Shown: positions 12,182-25,010 of the stretch, piece by piece | How positions within the stretch are numbered: position 1 is the stretch's first letter | Layout of the letters: the number at the start of each line of letters is the position of its first letter | Assembly (NCBI GenBank): GCA_951406725.2 | Contig: OX597821.1 | Span: 35,340,001-35,404,000 of the forward strand | Direction: 5' to 3' | From: Octopus vulgaris | Lineage: Eukaryota | Length of the DNA: 64,000 nucleotides | Program-made: the position numbers and the translations under genes | The notes under the pieces: model-generated | Database searches by the model: none | What the model was told of the DNA's origin: nothing | What the model saw: only the letters and a program-made list of their open reading frames with translations

Positions 12182-12895
12182 GTGAATTCGAGGTGTTTTA
12201 ACATCAGGCGTATTGATGAGAATATGTTCTCTTACGCCTATAAAGCGCAATCAAACCTCGAAATGTAACAAAACACATCATTGTGTAGGTGTGTTCGACA
12301 TTATTCATACCCTTAGTAGGCTGTTATGAAGATGTATGTGTGTAATGTGTGTGTGTGTGTGTGTGAATATGTAGATGTAAACGTATATGTATGTGCACAT
12401 GTATGTAGGTAAATGTATATGAATGTAAACAGATAGACATACCGACGGATTAGTACATAGATAATATGAATAGACAAGCACACACACGTACATACACAAA
12501 TGAAGACTGAAGTACGTAACCATATACACACATACTTCACTTCACACAAGACACATATGGAGACATACATCCACACATACAGACACAGTATATAGTCACA
12601 AACATCCACACAGACACACTCAGACATGCACACACAAGGAGACAGAGGTACAAACACACAACCACACATGCAAACACACGCACACACATAAAACACACAA
12701 ACATGAACGTACAAATGCATGAATATACAGAATATATACATACATACATATAAACATACAAACAATACATATATACATACGCACACACACGTTTAAACAT
12801 AATTACATGCATGCATAAATATATGTGTATGCGAAGGTACACTGACCCACACACATGCGCACAAACAAGCAAAAAGAACCGACATGGTCAACAAA

Positions 12896-13012
12896 TATTG
12901 AAAAGGTTGCAAGACGCAACAAAAATTTTTGAAAAATAAATGAGTGGAAACTTTACCGGTGAGTGTGTTAAATAATAAGGCACTAAAAAGGAATGACGTA
13001 CCCCAGACACAA
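12896..13012 (+). mobile_element. Single copy of the short hammerhead-motif element also found as a palindrome at 61113-61401
   Basis: tattgaaaaggttgcaagacgcaac...accggtgagtgtgtta...ccccagacacaac matches 61276-61402; the GAAA is mutated to AAAA here. Confidence 0.8.
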
Positions 13013-13057
13013 CAAAAGTTTGTGTGTTTATATATAGGTATATATATATACATACAT

Positions 13058-13900
13058 GTATGTATGTATGTATGTATGTATGTATGTATGTATGTATGTA
13101 TGTATGTATGTATGTATGTATGTATGTATGTATGTATGTATGTATGTATGTATGTATGTATGTATGTATGTATGTATGTATGTATGAATGTATGTATGAT
13201 TCTGACATGCAATGTCTGTGCAAGACTCTGCCTCAGTAAAGCTGGACTCATGAGTCATCTTCGTAGTCATAAAACGAGACGGATGAGTGACAACCTGGCC
13301 ACTGATGGTGGTGTAACACACCATACTAATCATATCTGTCGGGTTTTTTTGAAGAGAGTGTAATTTGGCAGGAGGAGTTAAACGACATGCAAAGGTACAT
13401 GAAGCCCAGTTACAACTACAGCCGGCTATTACCAGTAAAGGTTTTAGTTGCCAATTTTGTACAAGACATTGTAGATCTTTAGCTGGGCTAAAAAGTCACA
13501 TTCGATCACAGCACCAGAAACAGTTAAGCTTCGTGCAATGGCCATACTCGATAACGAGGGGCCAGCCATAATAATAATGTATTTATGTATGTATGTATGT
13601 ATGTATGTATGTATGTATGTATGTATGTATGTATGTATGTACGTATGTATGTACGTATGTATGTATGTATGTACGTATTTATGTGTGTATGTATGTACGT
13701 ATGTATGTACGTATGTATGTATGTACGTATGTATGCACGTATGTATGTATGTATGTATGTATGCACGTATGTATGTATGTATGTATGTATGTATGTATGT
13801 ATGTATGTATGTATGTACGTACGTACGTACGTATGTACGTACGTACGTATGTATGTATGTATGTATGTATGTGTGTATGTATGTATGTATGTATGTGTAT
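13058..13900. repeat. (TATG)n microsatellite split by a LINE fragment (other tracts at 11408-11460, 27285-27500, 60821-60945)
   Basis: Seen directly. Confidence 0.97.
13195..13577 (+). mobile_element. 5'-truncated 3' end of an RTE-like LINE with C-terminal C2H2-type fingers and a (TAA)n tail
   Basis: CNVCARLCLSKAGLMSHLRSH, a broken middle finger (CRVF..LAGGVKRHAKVH) and CQFCTRHCRSLAGLKSHIRSQH, followed by a short 3' UTR and ataataataat. Confidence 0.75.
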
Positions 13901-15040
13901 GGCAAATGAAAGGAAGAAGGAATATACGAGAATTTATTACTACAATTGTTTCGACACATCCAGCATCGATTCGTCACAGGTGGGACACTTAACAACTGGT
14001 TCAAGAGCATCTAGCGGTGTAGGTGTGTCTCATCGGTTGACAAATAGACACAACTCTTTAAAATAACAGTCCTGCAATGTAACTTCTCGTTTTGTAGAAA
14101 GAAAAGCAGCCAGACGGATGAAATACCATCATTTACATAGAAGATCGAAAATAAAATTACTGATGGGAAAAAAGAGAAACGAACACAACCAAATATCATT
14201 AAGAAACCTCACACATATACGGCCTGATATGTTTTTGTACTCTCCATCACTTTAAATTCACTGATTCCTGAAATATAATGTTTTAGATGATTAAACCCGA
14301 ATTGTTGAATATTGAAAAAAAAAGGTGGGGAGGATGCCTTTCCTCAGCTGTGGAGCTAACTAGAATGTATACATGTATGCATGTATCCATGTCCATAGGT
14401 ACATGCACATAGATATAATGCATGTATACTTATCTTCCAGCTGATAAAACTGAGTACGTTTCTTCAATATCGTATTTCATAACACATGTAGAAGATTATG
14501 TTCGTTTCAAATGAAGTTTATGATAGACTAAATAAACAAACAAAAGTAAACAAAAACTTCAGAATTAAAGATAAAATGATATTTTGAAGTAAAGGTACAG
14601 TGATATTTACTAAGTTAATGAAAACAGATTATATTTCCAAAAGTGAAATTACACCTGCTTTAAAATAAAACGTACACTGTTCCAGATAATGTGGAAAATA
14701 GCATGAAATAATGTTTATTTCGTATTGGTGATATAAGATTTACACTAAGTCGGATTATAAATGACTGACACACAAAAATATACATTAATGTTCAAAGTAT
14801 AAAATAATTTTTTCACCTGCTTTCTTTGTAGTTGCTTCAACAAATATTGGTTTTAGATTTTGAAACACAACCAGCACGTTTTGGAAAGGGTGGGGTCGAT
14901 AACATCGATCCCAGTGCTCAACTGGTATTTATTTTATCGACCCAGAAAGATGAAAGGAAAGCCTCGGTGGAATTTGAACTCAGAACGTTGACCTCGGTGG
15001 AATTTGAACTTAGAACGTCAACAGACCTTAGAACGTCAAC

Positions 15041-15460
15041 ATAGGCGCAGGAGTGGCTGTGTGGTAAGTAGCTTGCTAACCAACCACATGGTTCCGGGTT
15101 CAGTCCCACTGCGTGGCATCTTGGCTAAGTGTCTTCTGCTATAGCCCCGAGCCGACCAATGCCTTGTGAGTGGATTTGGTAGACGGAAACTGAAAGAAAC
15201 CTGTCGTATATATGTATATATATGTATGTATGTGTGTGTATGTGTTTGTGTGTGTGTTTGTCCCCCTAGCATTGCTTGACAACCGATGCTAGTGTGTTTA
15301 TGTCCCTGTCACTTAGCGATTCGGCAAAAAGAGACCGATAGAATAAGTACTGGGCTTACAAAAGAATAAGTCCCGGGGTCGAGTTGCTCAATTAAGGGCG
15401 GTGCTCCAGCATGGCCACAGTCAAATGACTGAAACAAGTAAAAAAAAAAAAAAAAAAAAG
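15041..15460 (+). mobile_element. SINE family A with poly(A) tail, inserted into a minus-strand family B copy (~14856-15535)
   Basis: Full family A sequence; B body to the left, B head (gattctgccagctc) to the right. Confidence 0.9.
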
Positions 15461-15682
15461 ACCAAATGCAGCTAAATGTTTTTGTCTGGCATGTTAACGA
15501 TTCTGCCAGCTCACAGAATTTGCTTGAATAAATTACATCAATTCAGCTACAAACAATAGATTCTGTTCGTTAGTGTAATTTGTGTAACGAAATAAGACTA
15601 CTCGTGTCTCTTGACTACTTAGCTATCAAAACATGCAGCTGAATATGTGTGTACACACATACGTAGGTACATGTATGTACTT

Positions 15683-15913
15683 AAGGCGGCGAGCTGGCAG
15701 AAACGTTAGCACGCCGGGCGAAATGCGTAGCCGTATTTCGTCTGCCGTTACGTTCTGAGTTCAAATTCCGCCGAGGTCGACTTTGCCTTTCATCCTTTCG
15801 GGGTCGATAAATTAAGTACCAGTTACACACTGGGGTCGATGTAATCGACTTAATCCGTTTGTCTGTCCTTGTTTGTCCCTTCTGTGCTTAGCCCCTTGTG
15901 GGTAGTAAAGAAA
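15683..15913 (+). mobile_element. SINE family B monomer, tail type 1
   Basis: A and B boxes; central gtcgactttgcctttcatcctttcggggtcgataaattaagtacc (Meta/Sauria-SINE-like domain, from recall); TSD taggtacatgtatgta at 15664-15679 and 15914-15929. Confidence 0.93.
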
Positions 15914-15968
15914 TAGGTACATGTATGTATTTGTCTCTATCTATCTATCTATGTCTGTCAGTCTGTCT

Positions 15969-16051
<83 letters not shown>

Positions 16052-16759
16052 CTTATACACTACTCAAAGATCCATGAAGTAGGTAAATAACATAGATTTG
16101 AGTTCATGGTCAAAATGAAGAAAAGTTAACGGCTTTTTTAACTAAAAATATTTTAGGATCTATTGAAGTAACGTGAATTGATTGACACTGTGATATCAAG
16201 TGATTCTGCTAGCCATATGGGAGGCACCAGACTTTGAATCTGGCATAGGCAAGAACAACCTCTATATATATTATATATGCATGAATGAAGTTATAATAAT
16301 TATTCATATTTTTTTGGCCATCACAGTTAACCATTTGTATTCTTACCTGATGTCGCTAACACTCCAAAACTCTCCCCTCCTCTACGCAGAAAGAAAGACA
16401 GTAGTATTTGGTGTCGCTGTCTTGCCAATCGATGCCTATAACCTCAACTGGCAATTGGAGTCCATTGCATGTTCTCAACAGAAGCAGTGTTATTCTTCTC
16501 CTTCAGATGAAAAGTGTAGTTATTAATGTCGATGTTAGTATGCTGTCATAATATCATTACGTACATGTGTATTTATGTATGTATGCGAATTCGTACCAGC
16601 ATATATATATATATATATATAACTTCAGCAAAATTTAGATTCAAATGAATAAGGTACTTAACTTAGATGCACCAGAATTTTGTATAATCCATGGGGTGAT
16701 TATAATTAAAATAAGCAACAAGAATATCTTCGGTAATTTAGTACGATCGTTTCACGCTA

Positions 16760-16828
<69 letters not shown>

Positions 16829-17091
16829 GGGAGAGACAAAAAGCGGCATTCGCAGGATTCTATATTCAAATCCACTACATTTTTTCGGCTCATTCTGCAC
16901 CTGTAGCTCATAGGCGACATGATGTTCAATAAATTGTCTCGTGTCAGAGGTGTAGTATGTGCCTTCTCAGGTTACCTCTTAAACGAGTACATCGCTAGAT
17001 CTACTGTTGATGACATCAGGTAGACAAGACCTGTGGACAGGTAGAAAAGACCTACAAGGTTACTACCCGAATATAATTTAACTATGTACAA

Positions 17092-17166
<75 letters not shown>

Positions 17167-17807
17167 CACATATGTGTGTGTATGTAGTTATATATGCATG
17201 TATGTACGCATGTATATAAGTTTTAATGTTAAAAAAAAACGAGTGTCAGCAACATATACAGTTGGTATCATAAGCATTATACAACCACCGTATACATGAT
17301 GATATAAAAAACATATTTGTTTACTCCAATTCTCACAAGTTCTTTAAACATTAACGCTCTCATGTGATGGGTTTCACTTTCTTGAGAATAAATTGAGTTT
17401 ATGAAGTAGTTTTATAAAGCGCAGTTTATAAAAATTGTAAAGGTTAAATTTCTAACGATGAGAAATCGGCTTTTTAATTTCTTTTATTTATATATATTCG
17501 TTTTCCTTTGACTGTATTTGAGTGAGATGCGAACTGTTATTACTAATTTTAATATTGGTCGTAGCATTTTTTCCTCTGCAAAAATTGTGAATATATGTAG
17601 AGTTTGAAGCGTATTATTTTTGAAAGTGACTTAAGTGAATTTGTGTCATGAGATAAATTTTGTTGGATTTTGTCATAATGCAGTCCAAATTTGGAACAGC
17701 AATTTATAGAAGAGGGAACAAGTTAACGACACTGATCAACTGGTAAATAATAAATCAATCAATTGATTTCGTCCGGCGTGCTAACATCTCTGCCAGCTCG
17801 AAGCCTT

Positions 17808-17858
17808 AACAACAAAAACAACAACAACAACAACAACAACAGCAGCAGCAGCAGCAGC

Positions 17859-17898
<40 letters not shown>

Positions 17899-17924
17899 GC
17901 AACAGCAGCAACAACAACAACAGC

Positions 17925-17955
<31 letters not shown>
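17808..17955. repeat. (AAC/AGC)n trinucleotide repeat
   Basis: Seen directly. Confidence 0.98.
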
Positions 17956-17959
<4 letters not shown>

Positions 17960-18290
17960 CAGGCTGGTGGTTTGAACTAATTATCGGATAGAAAGCCTTC
18001 CCGTTTCCGTTTCGGCTCTGTACTCTGAGTTGAAGATCCACCGCGCTCAGTTTTTATAATTTCGGCGCCGATAAGTAATGCAGCAGACAACTCTTTGTGT
18101 TGAGAATCCTTTTTGTCTTTGGAAGAAATCAGCGGTATTTAGGCTGTGAAAGTGTATGTCCCAGGTTTAAAATATTCTCATGGTTATAACGCTGTGGAAT
18201 TACTTTTGGAACACCATCAAGATTAAATACCCCCATTCACTTGGGTTATCTTTTCTTTAGATGAAGCCTCTTCAGTATTTCTGATGGTAA

Positions 18291-18684
18291 GGGCGGCGAG
18301 TTGCCAGAAACGTTAGCACACCGGGCGAAATGCTCAGCGATATTTCGTCTGTCTTTACGTTCTGAGTTCAAATTCCGCCGAGGTCGACTTTGCCTTTCAT
18401 CCTTTCGGGGTCGATAAATTAAGTACCAGTTGCGCACTGGGGTCAACGTAATATACTTAATCCGTTTGTCTGTTTTGTTTGTCCTCTCTGTGTTTAGCCC
18501 CTTGTGGGTAGTAAAGAAGTAGGTATTACGTCTGCCGTTACGTTCTAAGTTCAAATTCCACCGAGGTCGACTTTGCCTTTCATCCTTTCGGGGTCGATAC
18601 ATTAAGTATCATTTGCATACTGGGATCGATCTAATCTGGCCTCTCACGCAAAATTTCGATCTTTGTGCCTACAGTAGAAAAGAA
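18291..18684 (+). mobile_element. SINE family B dimer (head-body-tail1-body-tail2)
   Basis: Body repeated at a 183-bp period; TSD tatttctgatg(g/a)taa at 18276-18290 and 18685-18699. Confidence 0.9.
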
Positions 18685-19177
18685 TATTTCTGATGATAAC
18701 TTAGTGTATCTATAGATAGATTTTAATTACTTTTACTTTTTGTTTACTCTTAATTTGGTATCACCTACCGCCATTGCTACGATTTGCAATTATCTTCTTA
18801 ACTCTCATTTATCATTTGCTTGGATTTATTTAATTCTAACGTAATAAATTTGATCAGTGATAAAACGAAGATTAAGCAAATGTTTTTATTGAGATCGTAA
18901 AAATAATAGTTTCATAAATCACACATTCTAAATGGAATTTAGAAGCTTAGCTCTTACTTCTGTAGTTTAAGAAGAAACAGGGATACCTCTCCTCTTCGAA
19001 AGAATGCTATGCTAGTCACTCAAAAGTAACCCTCCTACAGAGTTTTACACTTCTTACTAAACATTGAACTACAGAAGTAATTTCAGAGAAAACATTAAGT
19101 ATATTGACGTTGAACTTGTAATGATGAGAATTGCCACGCATTTAAAATGAAATGACGTTTTGAATTCAATAAATATT

Positions 19178-19724
19178 CTTTTCAAGGGCCCGAAATCCTT
19201 GGGGAGGGGCTAGTCGATTAGATCGATTCCAGTACGCAATTGTTACTTAACTTACCGACCTCGAAAGGATGAAAGACAAAGTCGACCGCGGCGGAATTTG
19301 AACTCAGAACGTAAAGATAGACATTTCTTTACTACTCACAAGGGGCTAAACACAGAAGAGACAAACAAGGATAGACAAACGGATTAAGTCGATTATATCG
19401 ACCCCAGTACGTAACTGGTACTTAATTTATCGACCCCGAAAGAATGAAAGGCAAAGTCGACCTCGACGGAATTGGAACTCAGAATGTAGCGGCAGACGAA
19501 ATACCTATTCTTTACTACCCACAAGGGGCTAAACACAGAAGAGACAAACAAGGACAGACAAACGGATTAAGTCGATTACATTGATCCCCAGTGCGTAACC
19601 GGTACTTAATTTATCGACCCCGAAAAGATGAAAGGGAAAGTCGACCTCGGCGGAATTTGAACTCAGAACGAAATACCGCGAAGCATTTCGCCCGGCGTGC
19701 TAACCTTTCTGTCAGCTCGCCGCC
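19178..19724 (-). mobile_element. SINE family B trimer (head-body-tail1-body-tail1-body-tail2)
   Basis: Three bodies at 175-184 bp period; 18-bp TSD ttgaattcaataaatatt at 19160-19177 and 19725-19742. Confidence 0.92.
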
Positions 19725-21599
19725 TTGAATTCAATAAATATTAGTGCATGTATAGGAGACGACTTTCTCAATCGTTTGAGACATATAGAAAGCCACGCAG
19801 TATTCGTTCCGGTACTGCGAGCTTTCATTTCAGATGCTGCGGAGATCAGAGGTCAACTTTACCTTTCATCATTTAGGAATATTGGTTAATAATAAATACC
19901 TTCTCCTCCTTCATCTTCTCCACCTTCCACTCTCTGTCAAATTTTCTCTCTCTACAGTGAGAGAAATTAAATTATAATTTGATACTTGCTATATGCAATA
20001 CAAGCAGTATTAATTTGCCTCATATAATATCGATACCAGTGAAAGTCTTATTTGCTGTTTCCAATACATCTGAGATGGCAAATATCGTCTAAGAATGATT
20101 GTTTTTGCGTACACACCACTAACAAAGCCCAAGAAGGCCGAAATGAATCTGCCGTCCTCATTAGTCAATATTCTATCATTAGTCAATATTCATATCCCTC
20201 TTATATATATTGTGCTTGTAAACACAACACGTCCACAAGAGATGTTATCTCTGGATAATCGTCGCAGTAAATTGACTTTCGACGATGTATCTACATAATA
20301 CATGGATGAGTAATTTGATATTTACTCAAATATTTCTGCCACTGAATTTCTTCTTCATATAGTCAGTATTATTAGTCAAGAATGTGTGGCACTTGATAAC
20401 AGAAGAGGTGGTTTTATCCCTCCATCCCAGGTGAGGAAATCCAGCTGGATTTACTTTAGTTTTGATCCTTCGATGCACAGGAAATAAATTATAATCATGT
20501 ACCTGGACACATTATATCAACTAAAATCTGCTCTGAAAATTAGTGGAATTTTAATTAATGTAAGAAATTATTGCGATTACATCGTGGAAGACATGAGTTG
20601 ACCATGCAGAAACATAGGAAACCCGTCGCTCGAGACTAGGTCCCGTTTACTATAAAAAATTTTGCGTCAAAAGTTTGCAGAATATTTTGTTAGTGAACAG
20701 GTCGCAGTTTCGAGCGACCAAAATTATGACACTATACTACAAATAAATGTTTAATTGAAGTTGATGGTCTTTATATGTATTTCTGGAGGGTTAGTTTCAG
20801 CACAATATCTCAGATCGAAGCACCTGTTATTCAAGTACATCTAAAGTATCCCTAGAAGAAGTTATTAACAAACGAATTATCACCAAAAGTTTAAATTTAC
20901 TACTCATTTCAATTACAATTTTAATCAATTTGTATTATAATTTTGAGCCGTTTGTCTTTCTGGACAGAAATTATCACTCTCTTGATGTTTCTTCTCATTA
21001 AGTGTGTAACTGCAGTTGATTAAAATTCAATTACCTGCTCACTAAATATTTTCTTTTTTCGGAATACACTCATAGGAAATATTTCTGTTAGTATTTCCTC
21101 TGCACAAACAGTGAATGTTTATTTAACTCAATACTATTTATATATTTCTATCGTCATTTTTAGATACGGTAAGTACGATATACTTTACTGATGATGCCTG
21201 ATAAAACCTAATTATATTTGAATCGTCACCGAAATTACCAAATATCAGATTCACTGAAAACTGAATGCCTTCCTTTAAATTTTAATTAGCATGGATTTCA
21301 GGTTTTCTCGCCTTTGTTGTCAAGAATTATCATTAATGTTAATGAGGTTCCGTTAATTAGGGTTTTTATTTTCATAGCCTCATAATTATATGTACTCATA
21401 TACATTAAACATATTTATTCTCCGCTTTACTATAGCGAGAAATTAATATGGTAGAATGGCGTCATTAATGATTCTCAGTTTGAATTTGATCGTTATTGAA
21501 AATAGAAATTTTTAAAACATGTTATTAATTGGCTTGTGTAACAACTATACTGTCCTGTATTCAATCACAATACACACATCTACGGATGTACACACACAA

Positions 21600-23530
21600 T
21601 CGCTACACAACTAAAAGAAAGAAATCATAAGACTGGGGGCTTATTTGCAGGAGTGAAAACTAAAAACAATTTGTGAAGAGATGGAGGTGGAAATCTCTAA
21701 GAAGGTCGAAGAAGAGCTATTTAATAGCATTGCCGAAATCTGGTAACATGATTAAGTGAATGAATGCTTAATAGCTCTTGATAGGTGGGGAAAAATAATG
21801 ATTGGTTTAGTCACTATTGAAGCAACAGGTAAAGAACCGTATGGATTTGAGAATCAGTTCTTAAATAGAATGGCACATCGGAAATCTTACACGCAAACAG
21901 TGATGCCGTTGACAAAAAGCAAGCTAAACGATCATCAAAGACACAAAGCTGATACAGAACATCTAAAGAGAAAAATAACACTTTCAAGCACAAAACAAAA
22001 AGAAATAACCTTAACACAAAATATTCTTACTCAAGGACACGTGGAAAGTGATACAGACCCCTTAGCTTTTAGAGAGAACCTCATCGGAATAAAGAGAAAC
22101 CGCTCTCATTTTCGATTCAAGAGCTCCCTGAATCGGAGACACCAGTTAACACCACACACGAGAAATGCTAAACGTAAAGAAAATCAGCAAGGGCGACCTG
22201 TTTGTGTGATTCAATGAAAGAAGTATGTAAACCCAGATTCTACACGAATACGAGACTGAAGCTATACAATTCCCGCCGAGAAAATTCCCAAACAAATTAC
22301 TTGAAGGAAATTAGAAAGGATTTATCATTGAAGGAGTAAAATTCATCCTACAAAATGACATATTTAATTTCAAAGATAACATATACCAAAAAATATCTGG
22401 GACTGCGATGGGGACGATGGTAACTCCACATTGGCGACCGCTGTTATGGGAAAATAGAAGTCCAAATAGACGAGCAGGCCAGACTTAAATCTAGCGATAA
22501 TTTCAATAAATGCCTACGCATCAATTAGAAACGCTACCTGGACGATTATTTGATCCGCTGGTAACAGAGTCTAGATCAATTATTGTGGGTAAAAACTTAA
22601 TAATATGAACCACGGTATCGTATTCACAATTAGATGTAATAAAAAAATAGCTACTCTTACTGGACATCCAGATCATAAGAAGAGATGAACATTAAAACCG
22701 TTATCTACTTTACACCACTAAACATAAAAGAATATCTGCTTCTTTCTTCCTGTCATCCAAAGCGTACGAAAATCAATATACCTTTTAATCAGGCACAAAG
22801 AATCTGCAGAAATGTATCCAATCCCGAGACTCGACAGAAACGAATCCATGAACTTAGAAATATATTTCTCGAAAAACAACAGTCTATCAGTTTTATGAAT
22901 AATGTGACAGAACACGCAGAAGGGATAGAAATCCAAGAACTAAGAAAAACAAAAAAAAACCTTGCTGATACACTCAATAACTAACCTTATCTATCGACAC
23001 ACAATACAAGAAAATTAGAAGGATAGAACATTATCCATCAGAATACACCTATTTTAATGAACGTCCTGCGAATGAAATAAAATAGAAAACATAAAATCAC
23101 AGAAGGGTATAGAGACATACTAGGGTCAAATTATGCACCGAAAAGTACATCCTCCAACAATAAAAAAATATAACCGTTCTAATTACGGAATCTGTATCAA
23201 CCACATGAAAAGTTCGCAGTATAAATTTTAGTCAGGACACATATTCACAATAAAATTACATTTCAATGGTGCATTGAAAAATTCAGTTTATGAAATGCGT
23301 GGAGTGTAGTGGAGACTACATAGGAAGAACGAGCTTGAATTTGAGAGACAAAATGATGGTATACAGGGAAGAGACTCGTGACCTCACGACCAAGACAATT
23401 TTTTGTGAGTAAACATCCCAAATACCAAATTTTCCCTCTGTGTCAACACCTTGGAAACATTTAGCCCAATTCCAATTAAATAAGGAAAATGTGTTTACTA
23501 AGAAGTAGAAATCGCAACTAAATACTGTAT
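21600..23530 (+). pseudogene. Decayed Penelope-like retroelement: RT plus GIY-YIG endonuclease
   Basis: GTAMGT (~22399), RYLDD (22532-22546), LLDI (~22655), YLLLSSCHPKRTKINIPFNQAQRICRNVS (ORF 22685-22984, PLE thumb) and MKCVECSGDYIGRT (from 23290, GIY-YIG); many stops and frameshifts. The 5' boundary is approximate. Confidence 0.85.
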
Positions 23531-24112
23531 AACAAGTACACTAGAATGAGAAAACTCAGTTTATTCCACTCAAGTGGAACCGACTAGAAACAACAACAAC
23601 AAACCAAAAGTTGAAGTACTGGGCTTCCTCAGGAATTCGAAATTCTAACTCCAAACTACTGCATAACTACACCTTACACTTTTTACACTATTTGGTAATA
23701 ACATCCTAAGCTGAACTAATTAAATTTTTCCTGATCAAAACCGGACTCCCAAGGCAAAAAATAAACATACAGGTGACCCATACAAGATACATCTTAAGGA
23801 AAGCAATCAATCGAAACGTTGGAGAACGGTCACACATAAACAAGTGACCAAAATATTTGATAAAGAAATGACGTATGCAGAAAGCCACCTAAACGGAAAC
23901 TGGATTACTATTTGTTATATAAAAAAAAAAGAGTTCAAAACAGCTGATAAACAAATGACGTCAACCAGCCAGGATGCTAAATTACTGCCAAACCAAAATA
24001 TAGGACTAGAACATTCGAAAAACAAGTGACGTCGTTGAATTGATGAACAACCAGAATTTGAACCTATATTTTAGAAAACCTATATATATATTTATATATT
24101 TATATATTTATA

Positions 24113-24912
24113 TATTAATTTATAAAAATATGGTTAAGTAAAAAAATTCACTTTACCGCACACCGAACTTTTCAGAAATAGCAGCCAAAAATTTGGCTAT
24201 TTCTTCAACTGCAAGTAAAAGTCTCCAGACAATGCATACTCAGAAAATAACTCACATAGGTATAAGGGAAAAACAATGAAAGATCACATCCATATAAGAT
24301 ACCCGAGAACAGCCTGTTTCTGGATTCGTGGGTTAAACGCCACTTTTCCTTCATCAGCTCAGAGATTTCTTCTGATTTGGATTTGAAAATACTAAGAACC
24401 AAACATACCCATCCGATATCTGTAACATCGGACAAACTATGTTGGACACCCAGTACTGGCGAATCCAAAAATACAAATGAGATCTATTATTCTCCCTGTC
24501 CACCCACGTGAGTCATAGAGTAGTGCATTTCTACAGAGGCGAAAACTGTAGTTCAAATTCTTGGAGAGAAAGCATTATATTGTCAGTAAAAAAGGGGTAG
24601 AATTAATTAATTGTTAATCGTTTAACCCACGAATCCAGAAACAGGCTGTTCTCTGGTATCTTATATGGATGTGATCTTTCATTGTTTTTCCCTTATACCT
24701 ATGTGAGTTATTTTCTGAGTATGCATTGTCTGGAGACTTTTACTTGCAGTTGAAGAAATAGCCAAATTTTTGGCTGCTATTTCTGAAAAGTTCGGTGTGC
24801 GGTAAAGTGAATTTTTTTACTTTACCATATTTTTATAAATTAATACTTCAAATTTACCGTAAATGGTCCTTTTACATACCGAATACTGCTTGGTCGAATT
24901 GATTAACAATTA
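24113..24912. mobile_element. Non-coding ~560-nt hammerhead-bearing element with fold-back duplication
   Basis: 227-bp inverted arms at 24113-24339 and 24619-24845 (2 mismatches seen); homologous to 58206-58947; flanked by AT microsatellites. Confidence 0.8.
24302..24364 (-). ncRNA. Type-I hammerhead ribozyme
   Basis: Minus strand: gag-CTGATGA-[gga..gtgg..ccac..tcc]-GAAA-ca ggc t-GTT-ctc. Stem I gag/ctc (extendable with GU pairs), bulged stem II, 3-bp stem III, GUU triplet. Confidence 0.7.
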
Positions 24913-24914
24913 TA

Positions 24915-24974
<60 letters not shown>

Positions 24975-25010
24975 CGCGGCCTTCGGGCTAAAACATTTTA
25001 AGGATTTTAA

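Noticed and set aside
13195-13530. Host C2H2 zinc-finger gene exon
   Set aside because: No TGEKP linkers, frame disrupted, ends in a LINE-like UTR and (TAA)n tail, and is embedded in a microsatellite.
18291-19724. Regularly spaced repeats that could suggest a CRISPR array
   Set aside because: The whole ~184-bp unit repeats with no unique spacers, there are no cas genes, and the context is a eukaryotic SINE with TSDs.
21187-21240. CTGATGA...GAAA upstream of the PLE remnant (and GAAACGTT at ~23812)
   Set aside because: The required helices or core bases are missing; could be chance or too decayed to call.
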